Source: a virus. Taken from it: a DNA stretch of 64,000 bases. The notes below the pieces were generated by a model, which worked only from the letters and a program-made list of their open reading frames with translations, was not told the DNA's origin and did no database searches. The stretch is from positions 1 through 64,000 of the IMG/VR virus record IMGVR_UViG_3300032053_000043. One strand, 5' to 3'. A program made the position numbers and the translations under genes. Shown in pieces: positions 16,731-26,178 of the stretch (position 1 is its first letter; every line of letters begins with the position of its first letter).

Positions 16731-19459
16731 CAGCAGGTTCCTCCTGTCTTAAGCCCGCCGGTAAACGTGATCGTGCAGGTTCCTGTGCCGGCCGCGTCGC
16801 GCACCGTGATCGTCAGGCTTTGCCCGCCCGATCCGTTCGCCGTGAACGTTGTGGCCGCGAATTGCCCGGCAGTGTCCAGCCAGGCATATTCCGTGCCGCG
16901 CAGCCGCATACTAAATCGAGTTGCACCGCTGCCGGCATGGTCTATGTACACGGTCTGCCAGTAATTATCGGCGCCGAATTTCGGCCCGAGAGCGGCATTG
17001 CTGTAGAGGCCGAAATACGGATTCTGCGCGCCAGTGCCGCTCACGCCGGCACGCAGGGCCTCGATCGAGCTGTTATCCCCGCCTGTGACCATGAAAATTC
17101 CTGCAGGCGCGCTGGCCAGTGGGACGGATGAGGTAAACCCGCCGGTCAGACTTGTCAGCCCCGCAACGCCCAGCGTATTGCGCAGAGTGGTCGGACCATT
17201 CACGGCCAGGGTAGCAAATGTCGGGTTGCCGGTCTCGCTACTGCTGAGTAGCACGGCGGAAACGTCGTCAACGTAGAAGTCATTGGTGCCGGTGAACTCG
17301 CCGAACGCTAGACGCTGCCCGGTGCCGCCGAAATCATCCAGGCGCACAATGAGCTGGAAATCGTTCCACTCGCCGGTGGTGATTGCAGCGCGGGCGGTGC
17401 GGAAGTCGTAAAAATTGTCTGTCTGCGCGCCGTTCCACACAGACCCCCAGCCGAAGTGCACGGTCCCTGTCTCGACATATACGGAGGCCCGCAGTAGTGC
17501 ATACCCGGACGACGGCAGACCCATCAGCGTTTGGTAGATCGCGGCGTTCGTGCAGTGGTAGGAATAAGTTCCCGTCCGTGATCGCGTGGCGCTCTTGACA
17601 CATGACCCATATTGGCTTGTCCAACCCGCCGTGGTGTCCTCGAAACTAGGTTCCAGGACGTAGTTGCGAATCAACCGAACCTCACCGAAGACACAAGCCT
17701 CGGTGGTGCTATTGCAGCGCAACGCGATCCGCCACGAACCAGCAGCAAGCGCAGCCGTCGTGGTCCAGCGGTAGGGCGGCCGGGCATTGCCGTCATTGGG
17801 CGCGATCAACCAGCCAGAATCGACCAGCACGGCATCGGTATCACTGCGGCGAATTTGGAAACCGGCGACGGCATTTTCCGTGGTCGCCGTGTAAAGTGCC
17901 GAGAAATAGGCGCTGGCGCTGATGGTGTCGGCGATGTCCTGTGTCACCTCGCAGGGCGCCGACGAGCAGACCAGCCGCAGGTAGCGGTCACCGGTAATAT
18001 GATTGAGCCATGCCGTTTTGGTGCGGGTGGCGCCGGCGCCCGCCGTCCAGGCCGTCAGGCCCGCGGATTCCATATCCCAATCGGAAACAATCGAGGGGTC
18101 GAGGGCCTGCTCCAGTATGGGGAATTTGTTGCGCAACGCGCATTGGCCCTGGCCGAATTTCGTATAGATGGAGCTGGCGCAGGTTTGATCACGGACCACG
18201 TTGAAAAAACCAGCGTCGTTGATCCCCGCCAGTGATTGACTGTAGAGGAAGTGCGATTGCCTCACCTGCGGTCCCAGATAGGCGTCAGCGGTTCCCTGGT
18301 GGTACGAATAGCCGCCAAGCACGTTCAGGCCCTGGGTATCTTCGGCTCGGATGTTGACCGCACTGTTGGTCTCGAAGTGGTCCCCGACCGATGTATAGAG
18401 CTGGAACTCTGCGCGTTTCTGCGTGGGTTGAATCAGCAACCCGTAGGTATTGAAGTTGTGAAGATTGCCGGAGCTGAAAACATCCTGTGTGGTTGAGTCG
18501 CTGAGTTTCACGCCGGCGACATCGTTATTCAGGAAGAACCCGTCGCGCAGGCTGAGCCGATTCACGCCGGTCATGAGATGCAATCCAGTGCCTTTGCACT
18601 GATAGACGCCTAGGCGATCCAGTACCATCGTTTCATCCGAGGCTGACTCGCCGACCAGTACGCAGTCATGAGCAACCGTTTGGTTGGCCTTGTTGCCGTC
18701 GAACAGCAGAGCGAACATGTTCACCCGCGATTTCGCGCCCGCGCCATAGGTGAACATGCTGCTGTTCGCGCCATCGCCCAATGACAGCGTGGTCGAAAAC
18801 AGTCCCGTCCCGCGGATGGTGCGGTTCGACCCGCTGCCGTAGGTGCCGGAGAGATCAATGGCGCTGCCGAGTTTGAATGTCCCACCGGGGATGAAGGTAT
18901 CGCCGCGGCCGGTCGGCAGGGACATGGCGGCAGCCGTGATTGCCGCGCTCGAGTCCATGGTGCCGCTAGAATCCCCGCCCCACCATCGGGGATCGGTCGT
19001 GCCGTCCACCTCGACTGTCCCGGTGCCGCTGAAAATCCGGTGTCCATCCGGGTTATCGACCGAGCCAGCGGCGAGAACCAAAACCCTCGGGGAATTTACA
19101 ACGAAGCTGCTGCCGGGGCCGAAAGTGACCGTGATGTTCCCTGGCACCGTCAGATCGACGGCCAGGGTATAGGCCGCCGCCAGATGGAGACGCGCTGGGG
19201 CGGTTATGCCGCTGAAGATGTCGGCCGCAATGGTCGCCGCGCCCAGGATACCGCTGGCATCGCATTCGCCGCCGCCCTGGGCCTGGACGCCGGCCAAGCA
19301 GGCGGCGATCTGTGCCGCTGGCGTGCCGCCATAGAGCGCGGCGCGGTGGACCTTGGTCGCCGGGTCGACGGGCAGCGCCGTGGCCTGGCCGCCCTGGGCA
19401 AAGCAGAAGGCAGTAGGCAGAAGGCAGACGGCGGCGAGTAGAACAATTAAGCGTTGCAT
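16730..19459 (-). CDS. Tailspike/fibre-like protein: pectin-lyase beta-helix plus CBM-like domains, with an N-terminal signal peptide
   Basis: DSSAAITAA...FIPGGTFKL...TIRGTG...FDGNKANQ beta-helix start; DWDMESAG and EPSFED...FYVDDVS CBM-like segments. Confidence 0.75.
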   Translation of the reverse strand: MQRLIVLLAAVCLLPTAFCFAQGGQATALPVDPATKVHRAALYGGTPAAQIAACLAGVQAQGGGECDASGILGAATIAADIFSGITAPARLHLAAAYTLAVDLTVPGNITVTFGPGSSFVVNSPRVLVLAAGSVDNPDGHRIFSGTGTVEVDGTTDPRWWGGDSSGTMDSSAAITAAAMSLPTGRGDTFIPGGTFKLGSAIDLSGTYGSGSNRTIRGTGLFSTTLSLGDGANSSMFTYGAGAKSRVNMFALLFDGNKANQTVAHDCVLVGESASDETMVLDRLGVYQCKGTGLHLMTGVNRLSLRDGFFLNNDVAGVKLSDSTTQDVFSSGNLHNFNTYGLLIQPTQKRAEFQLYTSVGDHFETNSAVNIRAEDTQGLNVLGGYSYHQGTADAYLGPQVRQSHFLYSQSLAGINDAGFFNVVRDQTCASSIYTKFGQGQCALRNKFPILEQALDPSIVSDWDMESAGLTAWTAGAGATRTKTAWLNHITGDRYLRLVCSSAPCEVTQDIADTISASAYFSALYTATTENAVAGFQIRRSDTDAVLVDSGWLIAPNDGNARPPYRWTTTAALAAGSWRIALRCNSTTEACVFGEVRLIRNYVLEPSFEDTTAGWTSQYGSCVKSATRSRTGTYSYHCTNAAIYQTLMGLPSSGYALLRASVYVETGTVHFGWGSVWNGAQTDNFYDFRTARAAITTGEWNDFQLIVRLDDFGGTGQRLAFGEFTGTNDFYVDDVSAVLLSSSETGNPTFATLAVNGPTTLRNTLGVAGLTSLTGGFTSSVPLASAPAGIFMVTGGDNSSIEALRAGVSGTGAQNPYFGLYSNAALGPKFGADNYWQTVYIDHAGSGATRFSMRLRGTEYAWLDTAGQFAATTFTANGSGGQSLTITVRDAAGTGTCTITFTGGLKTGGTC

Positions 19460-19959
19460 CGCACCCTCACCTCCAAGTCAGAACACCCGGCGGGCACGCT
19501 GCCGGTGACCTCGTACTCGATCCAGTCATAGGGCAGCCGTGCAATAAGCGAGGAACCGGGTATGCTGGCTTCTGTGTCTCCAGCGGCAATCGAGAGTGGA
19601 AGTGCCTGCACGATGGTTTTCACACCGGCAGACCAGCGCTTATGGAATACGATGATCTCCAGTGTTCCGCTGTCCCACACCGTAGGCGTCCAAATCGATA
19701 TGGTGTCCATCGGGCCAGCCCAGTGAAACGAGTTCCAAAGTCCCGGGTTACCGAGCAGTACGCGTCCCGGCAGCCCAAGGATGAATGCCTCCGCCCCACC
19801 ACCGCCGCCAGAGGCCTCAGCCACTATGTTGGTCACGTCTCCCGGTAAGTCGGGTTGCCGCTGGGCAAACTCAATGATCCGCCGCAACAGGTCCCGCAGG
19901 GGCACATTATCCCGGATGCTGGGATGATCGAGTTCCGGCGCGAAGATTCGCTTGCCCAC
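19447..19959 (-). CDS. Tail-associated hypothetical protein
   Basis: Coupled between tail genes. Confidence 0.55.
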   Translation of the reverse strand: MGKRIFAPELDHPSIRDNVPLRDLLRRIIEFAQRQPDLPGDVTNIVAEASGGGGGAEAFILGLPGRVLLGNPGLWNSFHWAGPMDTISIWTPTVWDSGTLEIIVFHKRWSAGVKTIVQALPLSIAAGDTEASIPGSSLIARLPYDWIEYEVTGSVPAGCSDLEVRVRCNA

Positions 19960-19960
19960 T

Positions 19961-22843
19961 TTACATGCTCCGATAGCCGTGAGGTTTGGCGTACACCCTC
20001 ATGCGGCAGAGGTCGAAATGCTCGTCCACGTTGTTGCAACTCAGGTCCACCCGCAGGCGCTCGTGGCGGATGTTGATTTGGTTCGTGATGTCCTGCGCGG
20101 GGTTCTCCGTCAATGGCAACGTCTTCGTCAGTTTCACAACCTCATCAATGCCGTAGAATCGTACCCATAGGCCCCGCAGCGTGATAATTCCTCCGGCCCC
20201 GGCTTCATCTACTCCGGCATTGGCGTAGGTGAATTGCGTGGCGTTCAGATACGAAACCTCAATGTCAGTCCCGTTGAAACTATTTGGCGTCACTCCGGCG
20301 ATATTCACCCTGTCCATGGGTTGCAAGCGATGGTCCGCCGTGGTCGTAACTGTGACCAACCCGAACGTTCGCGCGATGGTTAAAACCGTGGGAGTGATCG
20401 GCGCCCCTTGCACCCGCATCGTAACGCCCCGGAAAAGATTCAGACCTTCCTTCCGTGGGCAAACAGCGCCGCAACGGTATTGCTGCGCGATGGCGACCTT
20501 CGTGGCCGGCCCGATCAAGTCGGCATGGACCACCGCATCGAAGACCCCGACGTAACTCCCGTCGGAGCTCACGTAGAGCAGTTCGGCCCCATCAACCACC
20601 AGCGAACTCGGCACGTTCCCAGCGAATGTCCAGATGGACCGTTTCGTTTTCTCCTCCAAAATGTCAAACACAATCATCTGGTTCGGAACTGATAACCCGA
20701 CGCCGGGCACCAGGACCAAGACGCGATCCATGGCGACATCAACACGCACTTCCGCGCGCGCGAAGGCCGCGTTGTTTAGCGCCAGCCAAGTTGGCCGAAT
20801 CGTCTTTGTGATCGGGGTCGGTTCGCCACCGTCGAATTTGTAGAAACCTCGCGCCTCCAGCAGATACGCCACGCGCTTGTCGTTGTCCTCATCGGCGCCC
20901 CCGCCGGCCACGCAACTCGGTCCCGAAGATCCCACTCCAGCCACCCGGAACAACGCCCACTCATAGGGCTGCCCGCCATTGTCCTGGGTGGCCCACAAGG
21001 CGCGTTCCTTGGTGTAGTAGAGGGTGTCGCCCTGCTGGAAGATGTTGGTCAACCGCTGGCTGTCTTCTCGGCGGACGGCCTGGAACCCCGTCGCCGCGTT
21101 GAAATTCTCAGGTGCGTCCGGCTCAGAAAATAGAACCAGGCTAGAATCCGAACCATCTCCCAGTAAGGCCAGCCGCATATTGAAGAAGAAAGGAACCATT
21201 TGGCCCGTCAACGTGTGCCGATAGCCCAGGAGCGCCGCAGCGTCTTCGCTCTGCTTGACTTCCGTGTCGCTCAGGTTCAGGGTTACGGTTGCCGTGCCCA
21301 CTGCGAGGCTCGCCACCACGTAGAACTGCAGTAGGCCAGCCTGCGTCATAATGATGTGCAGCTTCGTGACGTGGGCGGCATAGTAGGTCGCGCCGTACAG
21401 GCCTTGATCGAGGTAGACTGGAAGATTGGCAATCACCAGATTGTGCGGGCCGCCCAACGTAAGTGTCGCCGCGCCCCATCCCCCGTGCGTGCAAGCCGAG
21501 GTGGTCACAATGGCATTACCCGCCGCCCCTGGCGTCCGGGCTTCCACAACCTGTGTGGTGTTGGTGTTGGTGGTGGCCTTCACGGTGGGGTGCATTGCCA
21601 GGCAGGTATAATCAATGCCCGGCAGGCCCGCGAAGTTTATGGCGGATTTCAGGTTGTCGAGTGCCGCCGCCAATGTCCCGCCGATCAAGACTTCGCCTTC
21701 AATTGTCGTCAGCGGCCCCGTCCTCCAAGTATATGTCTTGGTGTCAATGGTGAGGGTGTCGCCGTCATGCGGCACATCCGTCCCAGTGAAGGTGCCCGTC
21801 GCCCCGTAGTTCACCGCCGTGAATTTCGGCCAAGTGGTGTAGTAGGCGACCGCCGTTTGAGCGCCGGCGGTGGTCGTCAGATGCAGCAGGATCGAGGTGA
21901 TTACATGATCCACCGTGTACTCGATATAATTGATGGTAACTTTCTGGCCCGCCGCTATGGCCGTGAAGTCGTCTCCCGAGACCCATGCCACAATGTAGTC
22001 CAGGCCTGATACCGAAGTCGTCACCGTCCCCGACCGCTCATACTTAAAGGCCGGCCCCACCCAGCCGCTTCGCGTTTCCGCCAGCACTCCAAAGTAGTGT
22101 TCACCTGGAGTAATCGAGCCGGCGGCCGGTTGGGTGAAAGTCAGACTGGATTGCGCTTCGGCGGCCAGCGCGAAGGGCATTATGTTCGGCCACGCCCAGG
22201 TCGGATCGTAGAGATAGGGCGGCAGTGTTCCCTGGTAGGCGTCCGAGAAGCAAATCACCGCTCGGTCGTTGTAGGGAGCGATGCGGAAATGCACCGTCGT
22301 TGCTGGCAACCCGGCCAGTAAATCCATCGTGAAATACACGGTCCCGGTAAATGCCCCGAACGTGATGGTGTCTATCGGGATGGTGAAGTTGCTCCCGTCG
22401 ATCTTGGTCACGATCCGGGTCCCATTGATCGCCGCCCAGGCACCGGTGGCCCCCGCAATCTTGATCGTCATGGCACTCGGCAGGCCATGATTCCCTACCA
22501 CCGTCAACTTCGTCGGGCTGGCGTTCGACCCCGCCACAATCTGCATTGCCATCCTGAGAGTAGGATTGCCGGCCGTGGCGTAAAGCAGCAGATGCCGCCT
22601 CGAGAAAGGCGCGGCCGTCAGAAACAGTTCTTGATGAAGGATGCCGGGGCTCGCGGCTTGTCCCGTGAGGAACTTCACCGCTTGCCCCGGCCGTTGAAAG
22701 ACCGAACTGGGAGTGAAGGCGCAGTTCAGGGCGGGGTCTGCATACTCCTTTGGAACATCCTGGGGATCTCCGATGGTCCACAGCCCCAAGAATTCTTCCA
22801 GTTCGAGCTTGTCGAATTGTTGCAGACCCCCGCCCATCGCCAC
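19961..22843 (-). CDS. Tail tubular / packaged-DNA stabilisation (gp10-like) protein, copy A, with inserted modules
   Basis: EFLGL...DVP...NC...RPG N-terminus, VLFSEPDAPENF, beta-rich; two FCCH-like inserts. Confidence 0.65.
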   Translation of the reverse strand: MAMGGGLQQFDKLELEEFLGLWTIGDPQDVPKEYADPALNCAFTPSSVFQRPGQAVKFLTGQAASPGILHQELFLTAAPFSRRHLLLYATAGNPTLRMAMQIVAGSNASPTKLTVVGNHGLPSAMTIKIAGATGAWAAINGTRIVTKIDGSNFTIPIDTITFGAFTGTVYFTMDLLAGLPATTVHFRIAPYNDRAVICFSDAYQGTLPPYLYDPTWAWPNIMPFALAAEAQSSLTFTQPAAGSITPGEHYFGVLAETRSGWVGPAFKYERSGTVTTSVSGLDYIVAWVSGDDFTAIAAGQKVTINYIEYTVDHVITSILLHLTTTAGAQTAVAYYTTWPKFTAVNYGATGTFTGTDVPHDGDTLTIDTKTYTWRTGPLTTIEGEVLIGGTLAAALDNLKSAINFAGLPGIDYTCLAMHPTVKATTNTNTTQVVEARTPGAAGNAIVTTSACTHGGWGAATLTLGGPHNLVIANLPVYLDQGLYGATYYAAHVTKLHIIMTQAGLLQFYVVASLAVGTATVTLNLSDTEVKQSEDAAALLGYRHTLTGQMVPFFFNMRLALLGDGSDSSLVLFSEPDAPENFNAATGFQAVRREDSQRLTNIFQQGDTLYYTKERALWATQDNGGQPYEWALFRVAGVGSSGPSCVAGGGADEDNDKRVAYLLEARGFYKFDGGEPTPITKTIRPTWLALNNAAFARAEVRVDVAMDRVLVLVPGVGLSVPNQMIVFDILEEKTKRSIWTFAGNVPSSLVVDGAELLYVSSDGSYVGVFDAVVHADLIGPATKVAIAQQYRCGAVCPRKEGLNLFRGVTMRVQGAPITPTVLTIARTFGLVTVTTTADHRLQPMDRVNIAGVTPNSFNGTDIEVSYLNATQFTYANAGVDEAGAGGIITLRGLWVRFYGIDEVVKLTKTLPLTENPAQDITNQINIRHERLRVDLSCNNVDEHFDLCRMRVYAKPHGYRSM

Positions 22844-22846
22844 TCC

Positions 22847-23989
22847 TTACGCATAGATCGCCGGCCCGGTGCGCCGCAGGATCACGCCGATCACCAGACC
22901 TACCGTGTTCGTGACCGTGCCGGTGAAGTCCAGGCCAATCGCGTACCCCTTGCGCAATTGCGTGTTGAAGATGGTCCGATGCGGCAGGCCGACGACGGAA
23001 CTGTTGATCGGAGTGCCCGCCAGGTCCATCTCGGCCGCCAGCATTGCCGTCCCGCTGGCTACCGCAACCCCGTTCGCGCAGGAACGCAGCATCAGCGTCA
23101 TGTCCGTGCCACTGGCGAAGGTGACCCCGACGAAGCTGGCGTTGGCGCAAGTCTCGGTGGAAGCGAAGGCGTTGCCTGCCGTGCCCTTGACCCGCGCGTT
23201 AAAGACCGTGGTTGTACCGTCCGAGGACAATCCCAGGATTCTCGAATGCGCCACGGTCCCGGTGCCGTACAACGTCCCTTCACCCGCGGCCTTGTTGACC
23301 GCCCGGAGGATGTTCAGGTGGCTGGCCGTCTGGTTTGCCCCGATCAGCACCTCGTTCGCCACCGCGGGGATGCTCAGGACCGCCACGTAGGCGTAGGTCT
23401 TGGCCGTTGCGCCCGTACCCAAGGTCACGGTCTCAGCGTCCAACCCGCCCGTGAAAAGGGCACCGCCGGTAAACGTGATATGCCCCGACCCGCCTCCCGC
23501 GATGGTGCTCGCAATCGCGTTTCCACCCACTCCGCCCGTGCGGGCCTGGAAGGTCTGGTCCGTGGCCGTGTTGGTGGTCGCCTGGACCGTGGGATGCGCC
23601 ACGGCGCAGGAATAATCCGTGCCCGGGGTGCCCGTGTGGTTCACCGCGGACAAGGCGTTGTCCAAGGCCACCGCCGCCGAACCGCCAATCAGGATTTCTC
23701 CTTCCACCGGCGTCAACGCTGTCCTGAAGGTGTAAGGCTTGGTGCCCAGCGTGAAGGAATCGCCGTTATGCGGCGTGTCGGCGGCGTTCAGAACATTCGT
23801 TGCCGCAATCCAGCCCGTGAACACGCCGCCACTCGTCAATGTTGCGGCGGCCACCGCCCCGCCCGATCCCGACCCGTTGCGGGCGATCACCCCGATCAGA
23901 TCGTAATCCTCGTCGGCGGGGACGAAAAACCGATCCACGCATCCCACCGCATCCAGACAAATCGCAAATCGTTCGAGTCTCCGACCCAT
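22847..23989 (-). CDS. Virion structural protein with two copies of a ~95-aa repeat domain
   Basis: Repeats GEILIGG...ALDN...AVN and NEVLIGA...HLN...AVN; a third copy lies in 19961-22843. Confidence 0.6.
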   Translation of the reverse strand: MGRRLERFAICLDAVGCVDRFFVPADEDYDLIGVIARNGSGSGGAVAAATLTSGGVFTGWIAATNVLNAADTPHNGDSFTLGTKPYTFRTALTPVEGEILIGGSAAVALDNALSAVNHTGTPGTDYSCAVAHPTVQATTNTATDQTFQARTGGVGGNAIASTIAGGGSGHITFTGGALFTGGLDAETVTLGTGATAKTYAYVAVLSIPAVANEVLIGANQTASHLNILRAVNKAAGEGTLYGTGTVAHSRILGLSSDGTTTVFNARVKGTAGNAFASTETCANASFVGVTFASGTDMTLMLRSCANGVAVASGTAMLAAEMDLAGTPINSSVVGLPHRTIFNTQLRKGYAIGLDFTGTVTNTVGLVIGVILRRTGPAIYA

Positions 23990-24037
23990 TTTCTGCTCCT
24001 CTTCTCTGCGGTACCGCTTCGTGGGTTCGCAGAATCA

Positions 24038-25330
24038 CTAACCGCATCCCCTCCGTCTCCGCCCCGCGTTCCGGTAGGGTTTCGGGCCGCGGGGAATGCC
24101 CTGTTGTGCCTTGACCGATATGTTGATCACCGCCCACTTGGCCCTTTCGTACTTGCCCTCCAGGTCGGCCGCCAGCGCCTGGGTCTCTTCCTTGCGCTTC
24201 GCCGCTTCCGCCGCCACTCCGTAGACCATCGGCCAATAATAGGTGTGGAAACCGCTCGGGTTCGCGGAAGTCGGATAGCCGTACAGCTTCGTGTAGCGAA
24301 CCTGGATCAACTGCGCGACCGTCGCCGCGTTCACCTTCAGCGCTAGGTCCGACCATTCCCAAAACGTCAGGTTGGCCGGCGGTGATACCGGGTCCGGGTC
24401 CAGCCGGTCGCACTTCGCCACTTCCGTCCACTCGTTGCCCGCCGTCTCCCGCTGGAAGATCGCCAGCGGTTCAACCAGATCCGCCGGCAGCCCGGTAATC
24501 GTTACGGCGTTCGCCACGTAAGCCAGGGCCGCAGTCGTCTCGCCGAACTCGATGGAGTGCTGCCGCAATTCCGCCTCGATCTGCTCTTTCACCGAACCCG
24601 CGAGTTCCAGGAGGAATGAATCGGCAAACTTCGACTTCGCCGTATCCATTACCTGCACCCGCACCGAATCGAGCCAGGTGTGTGCTGCCCGATCCGGCGC
24701 CGGCCCGCGCAGCACGCCTTCGAGCTTCTGTTTCTCGCGCGCCACCGCGATCTTCAGTGAGTCGATGTAGCGGGCACCGTTGGCCTTGGCTTCGGCATCC
24801 AGCCCCGTGGGAGTGGCCGCCAGGGTCGCTATCCCATAGACCAGGGGCCAGTAGCAATTCTCGAAACCCACCGCCGTGGCACCCACCGCATAGGCCGCCT
24901 GGGACTCGTAGCGGATCAGGACTTCGCGGTTGCCCGCCGCGGCCGGCACGCGCAACGTCCCGTTTGCCCACTCGTAGGAGCCGAACACCGCCGGGGCCGC
25001 GGCCAGGGGCGCCGGAAGTTCCCGCTTCCGCTCCATCACCGTCCAGTCCGCAGCACCCGCCGCCCGCTCCCATATCTCGATGGGCGCGTAAAAGTCCGTC
25101 AGGGTCGCCAGGGAAACCGTCGTTGCTCCGCCCGCAACCGCGATCGCCGCGGAAACCTTTTCGGCGAATTGCAGACCATCGGCCGAGAGGACGTTCTGAA
25201 TTTCTCCGTGCGCCTGCGCCGCGAACGGGAGTAGGTAAGCGGACGTGTAAACCTCTCTAGCGGTATCATTCAAGAGGTTCGCTGCGTCGGCCATCGCCTG
25301 TTCGAACGTTCGGGATGAAATGGAACTCAT
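24038..25330 (-). CDS. Head-tail adaptor protein, copy A (tandem duplicated domain)
   Basis: LLND...YTSAYLL..A...IRYE...YWPLVYG repeated as VMD...FADSFLL..A...VRYT...YWPMVYG. Confidence 0.65.
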   Translation of the reverse strand: MSSISSRTFEQAMADAANLLNDTAREVYTSAYLLPFAAQAHGEIQNVLSADGLQFAEKVSAAIAVAGGATTVSLATLTDFYAPIEIWERAAGAADWTVMERKRELPAPLAAAPAVFGSYEWANGTLRVPAAAGNREVLIRYESQAAYAVGATAVGFENCYWPLVYGIATLAATPTGLDAEAKANGARYIDSLKIAVAREKQKLEGVLRGPAPDRAAHTWLDSVRVQVMDTAKSKFADSFLLELAGSVKEQIEAELRQHSIEFGETTAALAYVANAVTITGLPADLVEPLAIFQRETAGNEWTEVAKCDRLDPDPVSPPANLTFWEWSDLALKVNAATVAQLIQVRYTKLYGYPTSANPSGFHTYYWPMVYGVAAEAAKRKEETQALAADLEGKYERAKWAVINISVKAQQGIPRGPKPYRNAGRRRRGCG

Positions 25331-25341
25331 GTTCTTTCTTC

Positions 25342-26178
25342 CTACCCCTCTGCCCTACCGTGGACACGAGACCTGATCAGGCTAGAACTAGCCCCTAACT
25401 GCACCGCTATCGAACGAAAAGACCATCCTGCTTTCCGCAATTCACTGACATCGGTTGCTAAAATGTCGCGGCGGTACCAAGGACTGCGTTCTCCCCGCTT
25501 TGCATCGGACATTTTTAGCCGTGCCTCGGGACTTATCACTTTCCCTAAGCAACGCTTGTTGCCGAGGGCCGATTCTCTAAGTTTGTTGCGTGTCTCTGCG
25601 CTCACTATCCTCCCGCGCAGGCCGCTGGATATTTTTGCCCGCGTTTCAAGGCTAAGCGTTTTGCCACGGTGCCTCTCACTGATTTTCTGCCGTTGCTCCA
25701 GACTCAACGTCTTTCCTGCGCGGTGCTGATTCCCCATCATCCTTTCGGAAATCCTCCTACGATGTTCAGGCGTAATAGTCTTGCCGCGATGCACATTCCC
25801 TATTTTCCGTTTAGTCTCAGGAGTGGCTAAGTCTCCCTCTCCACCAAATGTAGAGTTGTATCCGAACGCTGGATCATGGGATTTCAATAGCGCAATCCAT
25901 TTCATTTCTAGTGCATTCGCGACCTCGTGATTCTCGGCGCGCTCGATCTCTAAGACTTCCCATGATCCCGGACCATATTTGAGAATGGCTCTTGAAAAAT
26001 AAACTTGGGGACGCTTCCTCGCATCCCAGAGGTGTTGGCGCCATCTTGCGGACACCCGTTGTCCAGTCTTGCCAACATAACATTTCCTGTTCGTCCGGTT
26101 AATCACCAGATAGACGGATACATTCACACCAACCCCCGCCATCGCCTGCGTAAAGGTTCGCTGTGCTATGGTACTCAT
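25342..26178 (-). CDS. Free-standing GIY-YIG homing endonuclease with NUMOD3 repeats
   Basis: VYLVINRTNRKCYVGKT...RWRQH, GYNSTFGGEG, several GKT.S.ETR.KIS repeats, C-terminal HTH. Confidence 0.9.
   Translation of the reverse strand: MSTIAQRTFTQAMAGVGVNVSVYLVINRTNRKCYVGKTGQRVSARWRQHLWDARKRPQVYFSRAILKYGPGSWEVLEIERAENHEVANALEMKWIALLKSHDPAFGYNSTFGGEGDLATPETKRKIGNVHRGKTITPEHRRRISERMMGNQHRAGKTLSLEQRQKISERHRGKTLSLETRAKISSGLRGRIVSAETRNKLRESALGNKRCLGKVISPEARLKMSDAKRGERSPWYRRDILATDVSELRKAGWSFRSIAVQLGASSSLIRSRVHGRAEG

Noticed and set aside
22487-24346. Long + strand ORFs opposite structural genes (also 13871-15067 and 10241-11134)
   Set aside because: Shadow ORFs expected in GC-rich DNA; Arg/Pro/Gly-rich with no motifs
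25342-26178. Group I intron carrying the endonuclease
   Set aside because: Only 11 nt separate it from the next gene, leaving no room for a ribozyme core, and the downstream gene has its own start
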